Shown piece after piece: positions 56,423 through 64,000 of a stretch of DNA of 64,000 nt. How positions within the stretch are numbered: position 1 is the stretch's first letter; every line of letters starts with the position of its first letter. Both the position numbers and the translations under genes were made by a program. The notes beneath the pieces are model-generated. The model was not told where the DNA came from and did not search any database. It was given only the letters and a program-made list of their open reading frames with translations. The stretch is from the human T2T-CHM13v2.0 reference genome, Homo sapiens, in assembly GCF_009914755.1 (NCBI RefSeq), contig NC_060925.1; one strand, given 5' to 3'.

Positions 56423-57684
56423 CCCTAGATCACAGCCAACTAATTTTGTAGTAACTAAAGCCCATGTAAATTAATGTGCAGTTTTCCCTCAGGCTGTTGA
56501 CGCAAAACCTGTGTTTTTAGAAAACTTGTTTGTGGAGGGAAGAGTTGTGATCTAGGAGACGGGAACTCTATGTTTTGGGACTCCAGTGTTCCAGATGGGC
56601 CAGAGTTCTGGCTTCTGTTTTGTTTTCAAATGGATAAATTTGGAAGTGGTGCAGCTTCCCCTTATAAAACACTCTACTGGCCACAGTAAACCTGCTACCA
56701 CCCGATGTCTACAATATTCCAACCTCTTTCAGGCCAAACGAGTAGGAGAAATGCACCAACTCATATTTGCTTTAAGAGATAAACTAGTCTCAAAATTTTG
56801 CTCTCAGTATCTATGCCACCTCCCTGTTATTTATAAGTAAAAGAAATAAAAATGTAAGTTAATGCAGTTTTTAAAATACTGCAATTTAAAGAAAATTAAA
56901 GATAGTAAAAATTAAAGCTAAAAAAAGATTGCAAAAAAGCAGGCAACAGAGGCTTTTAAAATGATGCACTTAAAACGATAAAAATATAAATTAAAATGAT
57001 ACAACATTTCTAGAAATGGATACATCTTAGGGCTATGAGAAGATAGCATATAGATTACTTACAGATTTGTAGCACTTAGTACCTTGTTTGGCCTACAGTA
57101 ATTGAATAATTAAAGTTACCCCAAGGCTTAACAGCTTTTGCAAGTCTACAGATGCCAAGCCGTCAATCTAAGTGGGATCATTTTGAGCTGACAAAATGTC
57201 TTGCTCATAGGTCATGTCCTTAGACTCTTCTGCCTGGGGATTTTGATTCACAAGAGGAGTCCAGGGTATCTCACTCTTGGGATTAGGCTAAGTGGAAGGT
57301 CTGTGGGCATCTGTAACTTTCTCTGCACAAGTATCCCTCTTGCTTAGGAATGTTTTAAACTTTTAATTATTTTTTATGTTTTATTTTTTAAAAACCAAGT
57401 TCTAAAAAATTTGTTCTTACCTTTTAAGTCACCTTCTTACATATTTGCACATGCCACATAAAGTCAATCCTTTCAGTAGTCAGCTTGCTTTCCACCTTCT
57501 TCAGGAAGCCTTTCTCACTCTGGGTTTGGCAAAGTATAATTTTTTTTTCTCTCACTAAGCTGTGACATCCTTAATTAGGGTTGTATGCCTTTTATTGCTG
57601 TAACCCACGTAACTGAAACATAATAAGCATAGGTTAGGCCTTTTTAAAAATTCCACTTTGTATTTCTTTTCACATTTTATCTGA

Positions 57685-58008
<324 letters not shown>

Positions 58009-58389
58009 AGATTCATTTTCTTGAGTGGAGCTCTGGCCATTACATCTAGAGTTCTGGTTTGGGAAAGCTTCCTACGGGGAGCAGAACTTCGAACAAGCTG
58101 TATTGGGAAAGATTCGCGGAGGTTTAACGGGATACTGCCTCTGGTGGGGGACATTGCTGGTTCAGAAAAAATTGACACAGTGGGAAGGGAATAAAATATA
58201 AGAACTCATATTTACCCACACAGATTGGAAAGTTGACTGTGGATTGATATTCAGTCCCTCATTCAGCAACGTTTATTGAAAGACCACTGTGGAGCAACAG
58301 ACACAAAGTTAAAACCATTATGCTGAAGTTCACAGTTTTCTGAGGAACACAGACGGGAAAACAAAGGAGGAAATAGAGAGCTGTTCACC

Positions 58390-58700
58390 TGTTATAAAGT
58401 TACAGTTATCTATAAGACAGATACATTCTGGATATCTGCTGTACAACCTAGCGCCTGTAGTTAACAATACAGTGCTGTGAGCTTAAAAATTTATTAAGAA
58501 GGTAGCTTTCACATGAAGTACTCTTACCAAAATAAAAGCGTGTTTCCTCCACAAGGAAACATTTGGAGATAATGGATATGTTGATCACCTTGATTGTGGT
58601 GATAGTATCACAGGTATAAGCATCTGTCCAAACTAATTGAATCTTATACATTAAATATATGTAGTTTTATTATACATCAATCATTCCTCAATAAAGCTGT
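58390..58700 (+). mobile_element. L1MA/L1MB 3' end
   Basis: gttaacaatacagtgctg...gattgtggtgatagtatcacagg...cctcaataaagctg. Confidence 0.75.
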
Positions 58701-59000
58701 AGAAATCTATACAAATAGAAAGGGATAACATATTTATGGTACTTCCAATGAAACTCGAGATGTCAGTATTCTCCGTTTACATCTATAAATTCACCATAGT
58801 CACAATAAAAATTCCAGAGTTTTCTGGAGAAAAAAAAATGGTGCCCAGGCTCTATTCCAGACCAATTAAATCAGAACTTGGGCCATGGGACCTAAGACTT
58901 ATTTTTAATTTTTTTTTTAGAGCTTCCAGAGTAATTCCTGATGCACGGTAGGAATAAGAACCACTATACAGAGAAAAGGAGACTCAAATTATTTGTTTCA

Positions 59001-59242
59001 CTTTCTTCTTCTTCTCCTTCTTCTTTTCTTCTTCTTCTTCTTCTTCTTCTTCTTCTTCTTCTTCTTCTTCTTCTTCTTCTTCTTCTTCTTCTCCTCCTCC
59101 TCCTTCTTCTTCTTCTTGCTCTTGTTCTTCTTCTTCTTCTTCTCGCTCTTCTTCTTCTTCTTGTTCTTCTTCTTCTTCCTTTTCTCCTTCTTCTTTCTTC
59201 TTCTTCTTCCTCCTCCTCCCCCTTCTTCTTCTCTTTTCTTTT
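59001..59242. repeat. Polypyrimidine (TTC/CTC) tract containing pure (TTC)22 at 59026-59091
   Basis: Counted directly; explains the poly-L, poly-F and poly-E ORFs. Confidence 0.97.
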
Positions 59243-60700
59243 ACAACCTTAAATACTTTCATGTCATTTAAGGGAAGGGGGAGTCAAACTTTCCAACCAT
59301 TTAACATTGTCTCTTTAGGATTCCTCCCTGCACCCCTATCCCTGGGGAACTTTTAGACAATAAGATTTTTAATTATTCAGAATAGCTTTTAAAAATTGAG
59401 ATTTAGGTTGATAAATAATAGGCTAAATAGTCCTCCCTCGTCTATCAGTTAATATCCTGTTCAAGGGATAGTAGGAACTGTGGGGAATACAAATAAATGG
59501 GGCAAGGATGAGAAGGTATCTTCCCCATGCCGTCATCCATATCTTCAAGGAGCTCACAACCCACTTGGGGAAATGGCATAATCATGTATTCGCTGGTGTT
59601 TTTCGATTGTGAGAGAAACCCAACATTAACTGGTTTAGGCACAAGTGTATGGAACCCAATAAATGGTAAGTGCCTGGGCCTCGGGTACAGCTGGAACCAA
59701 GAGCTCCAAATTAGCAGGAACATCCTATCTCATGACAACATGGATGCCAACAGAGGCCACATCTTTGCAACTTAGGGTTCAGTCACCAGGGACACTGGCC
59801 TGACTGTCAGCCCTGAACCCACACCACTGGGAAGGGACTCATAATCACCTCTGGACCTACAAATTGTGGCTGGGGTGGGGTGGGGAGTTTGAATGGCTGA
59901 GCTCACAAGAGAACAGGGAACTCCCTTTGAAATCAAGTGAAAGATAATAGTTTTCTGACCCATAGGGGTTCTAACTCAAAAAAAGTATGTGATGAAGGGG
60001 TTTGCTGGGCAGACAAGACAAGTATCTACCATACATGTAGCATAGCAAGACAGAGATATTCCAGGACAGCACTGGCAAACAGTGTGGTACAGAGTAATGG
60101 CCAAATGAATGGTGCAAAATATTGCATTTTCCCACCTGAGAAAGAACCCTAAACCTTAGGAGCAACTTCTACTCAGAGGAGTTGGGTCTGCATACGCACA
60201 CTCTGACTTCCCACCACATGAGGGGTGTGGAGGTGATTAGGATGAAATGAGGGGTGTTTAGCACACAGAGAATCACTGCTACTCCACACCCCAACAAGCT
60301 GCAAGCACAGGGAGTTTAGTTTGGTTTATGCTGTTTGAGGGATATCTAAGAGATGTCTGATAAGCAGCAGAAATGGGGTGATGACTGTACCTCTGAAATT
60401 CCACAGCAGAGGCTTCTAACACATATTTGGCCATTGCTTTCACTGAGGCTCAGAAGGTTGTGCCCAGTATCCAGAGAAGGATTTCAAAATTTTCAAGGAC
60501 TATAGCTGAGAAAGGGTTTTCTGGAAATTGAGAGTGCCAATTTGCTGTGAAGCAGGGAGAAGACAGGCTATTTCTGAGATACAGCAAATAGAAGTAATTT
60601 TTTTTCACCATCAATGATGACCTCAGTGACGTAGAAACAGGGTGGTAGCTCCTGGTTTTCTTGTTTCTTAATCAATATAATTTAGACTTTAAAATTTCAT

Positions 60701-61043
<343 letters not shown>

Positions 61044-61884
61044 CATGAACAATATCTTAGATATTTCTTAGTTATGTTGTGATTTTGTCAATGCTGCTTA
61101 ACTCTAATGCAGGATGATAATTGTGGCTAATTGCCTAAAAGCATATGAACTTTTTTTCCCATCAGTGTTATATGTGAGAGAACACACACACACACACACA
61201 CACACCCCTCTTTAATATGAATTTGATGTCCTCACTTAAATTACATGAAATAATTCCTAAATGCTTGAAAATACAAAACCCTCCTCATCTAGTTCCTATC
61301 TCAATCAGACAAATATTTTAAAGCAGATTCAAAAAATAGACTATACTAAACTTCTTACTGGAAAAAAAGTCACTTCTGGACAGAGACCAAGCCAAAGTAA
61401 TTTTAGCTCAAATTGGTTTTCCTGGAAAAACTGGAAACGTAATCCTGAAAAGAAATGTCTTGGCAGCTTTACAAATCAACACTCAAAAACTAACAAGAGC
61501 AGCCTAAATATCCTTCACTTCAATGATTCTCAGATACCAGCATGGAAAGAATCTTGTTTGACAAAAAAGCTTGTTAAAATTCAGATTCTGGAACCCAGCC
61601 TGCAGATCTAAACAAAACCCGAGTTGTTTAAGTAGAGAAGATTTGAAGATCACAGCTTAATTAACTCAGAAAAGATCAATGTAGAAATTTATAAATTAAT
61701 AGGATAGAAAAAGGAATTGTGTTTGGGAAACTATGTCCTAGCCCACTCCAATAGAGCCATCTGTCTTAGTGTTGTGGGACCATCTGGTACAAGGCCTAAC
61801 TCCATCATTTTGTGTGTGACTTTGAGTAAATAGTTCACTGTCTTTGGGTTTCAATTTTCTTTCCAATAAAATGAGATCAGATAA

Positions 61885-62249
61885 TGCCTTAGTCTGTTTG
61901 GGGTGCTATCGCAAAATACCATAAACTGGGTAGCTTATAAGCAACAGATTTTTTTTTTCTCACAGTCCCAGAGGCTGAGAAGTTCAAAATTAAGGCACCA
62001 GCAGATCTGGTGTCTAGTGAGGGTTTTGTGGTTCATAGACAGTACCTTCTAGCTATGACCTCACATGGAAGAAGGGGCTATCTAGCTCTCTGGAGTTTCT
62101 TTCATAAAGCCGCTAATCCATTAATGAGGGCTCTGCCCTCATGACTTAATCACCCCTCAAAGGTTCCCATCTCCTAATACCATCACCTTAGGGGGTAGGA
62201 TTTTAACATATGAATTTTTGAGGGACACAGGTATTTAGATACAATATCA
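61885..62249 (-). mobile_element. Solo MaLR LTR (MLT1A0-like)
   Basis: TG...CA, 365 bp, homologous to 18451-18727. Confidence 0.8.
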
Positions 62250-62758
62250 ATCATTCTTAATCTTTTTGAGATTACAAACTCCTTTGAGAAACCAATAAAA
62301 CTATTCAATCTTTTCTCCAGAAAAATGCACAAATACACACTTTTGCACCCAAATTTGGGAGGGTCACAGCTCCCTTAAAATGCTTTTGTGAACTTCATAT
62401 GACAGACAGTGGCTCTTTGAAGGGAAAAATGGGGTTTATATGAATCTGTGTTTCATATGCCTCCTGTCCAATTCAGATTTGTCCTTGTTGAGGAGTCATG
62501 TCACTTTTTATCCTCCACTCCTTGCCCCATGTTAGGAATCACCATTGTCACTAATACGTGCAACACACTTAGAGTGCAACACACTCAGAGTAAGCGCTGG
62601 CCACTTCGGGAAGCCGAAGACTCCTCCAAGGTAGGTGACATTATCACCATTTTACAAATGAGAAAACTGAGGTCTGTAAAAGTGAAATAGCTTGCCCAGG
62701 TCACGTGACTAATAACAAGCAGGGCCTGGATTTGACCCTGACCCTTTAACTTCCACGG

Positions 62759-62980
62759 CAGGGTTTCTCAGTCTTGGCACTGTTGCCATTTTGACCTGGA
62801 TAATTCTTTATTGTGAGGGTGCTGTCCTGTGTGGACATTGTGAGATGCTCAGCAACTTCTTTGGCTACTACCCATTAGATGCCAATAGCACTCCTCACCC
62901 AAATTTTGAAAACAAAAAATGTCTCTAGAAATTGCCAAATGTATGCTTGGGGAAAAATCACCTCCATTTGAGAACCACTG
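62759..62980. mobile_element. MER20 hAT MITE (adjacent to a MIR at ~62560-62755)
   Basis: TIRs cagggtttctca / tgagaaccactg; internal ggataattctttattgtg...cccattagatgccaatagca. Confidence 0.85.
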
Positions 62981-64000
62981 CTGTATAGTGTAGTCCCCTG
63001 ATATCACTACCATAGTGAGCTGCTGCTGCTGGAGTGAAGCTATCGAACCTCTGAAGTCTGGTAGGGCAGGAGAAGGCTGAAAACCATCATTACAAGGTTT
63101 CATATATCTCAGGCAAAGAATTTCAGGATGAAATACACTATGTTATTGCAGCTTCAAGATTCTATAAATTCATAATTTCAAAAAGCTCTACCACTATGGT
63201 TTCTTGTGATGGTGAATGCTCACGTGCAGCTGAATTACTCTCAAATCTGGCTATAAAACAGCATAAAGATGTTGTTCTTTTGGAAAATATAGAGTTGAAA
63301 GAGGCCCATATCAACATAATTCTCAGTTGTGTAATATCTGAGAGACCAAGATCTGAAGAAATACAGCTGGGGTTGGAAATGGGATTTTAGACAGTCTCAG
63401 TGTTGTGCTCAGTGAGGTTGCTCTGTGGCTTGGCTAACAGCACAGAGGGGAGAAAGGCAACAGGAAATGAGCACTTTTTCACTGTTGCTACATACCCTTC
63501 GGTTTCGCAAAGTATGAGAGACAGCTGCTACATCATGTTTTGGTGGATCATGAAATTCAGTACCAGGAAAGTCCACACTGGATCCTGTCAGGATCAGGTG
63601 TGGGGTTCTGTGATGTGTTTTCAACAAACACTCTGTTTAAAAATAATCTGGTAGCATAAACCAGGAGGATGTGGTTACATGAAGGTTTTAAAGTATTTTA
63701 GAAAAATAAATACAATGCTCTGCGGCATGATCTACTAATGTGAGTTGTGTCTCTTGAGAAAGATAATTGAGGTTGAAATCTTGATCCCACATATAAAGGT
63801 TCCCAAGGGACATATTCAGTCAGCACATGATTAAATATTTACAACATGTCATGTACTCTAATCAAAAAGAGAGTCTAGGCCCCTTACCCTTGACTAGCTT
63901 ACCGCTTGGAGAGGGGATACTCAATGCCGGAGAAGTCAGACCACGGCAGTGATACACTCAGGGGCTTTGGGGGCACACAGGCTAGGCAATCTGGTCATCA

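Noticed and set aside
58941-59271. Poly-Leu, poly-Phe and poly-Glu ORFs
   Set aside because: Translations of the TTC microsatellite; no splice or promoter context.

Overview
Human (primate) genomic DNA carrying the 3' half of CDC14A (dual-specificity phosphatase, DFNB32 deafness/male-infertility gene) on the + strand. The window opens inside the exon just after the catalytic HCxxGxxR loop (GTLIACY..., exon 10 in the usual numbering). It contains six further coding exons (16322-16481, 26869-26981, 28053-28100, 30132-30254, 30976-31309, 50288-50317), whose splice phases join into one frame ending ...SIPSLQSEYVHY*. Two phase-0 GTAAGT donors can be read through, giving alternative C-termini (...GEVSFP* and ...SIPVSAQ...KEAF*). 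A ~2 kb AU-rich 3'UTR ends near 52310. The rest is intronic or intergenic and dense with Alu, L1, L2/MIR, MaLR LTRs and Tigger/MER DNA transposons, including a very young AluYb9 with a 53-nt pure A tail and a (TTC)22-containing pyrimidine tract. Almost all ORFs in the supplied track are repeat-derived or chance. I see no convincing wholly new biological system. The best leads are candidate extra C-terminal exons in the 19-kb last intron, a stop-free exon 12-15 circle flanked by inverted Alus, a perfect 35-bp hairpin, a nested palindrome array and an orphan CpG-rich poly(T)-flanked segment. Repeat subfamily names are from recognition, not a database run.
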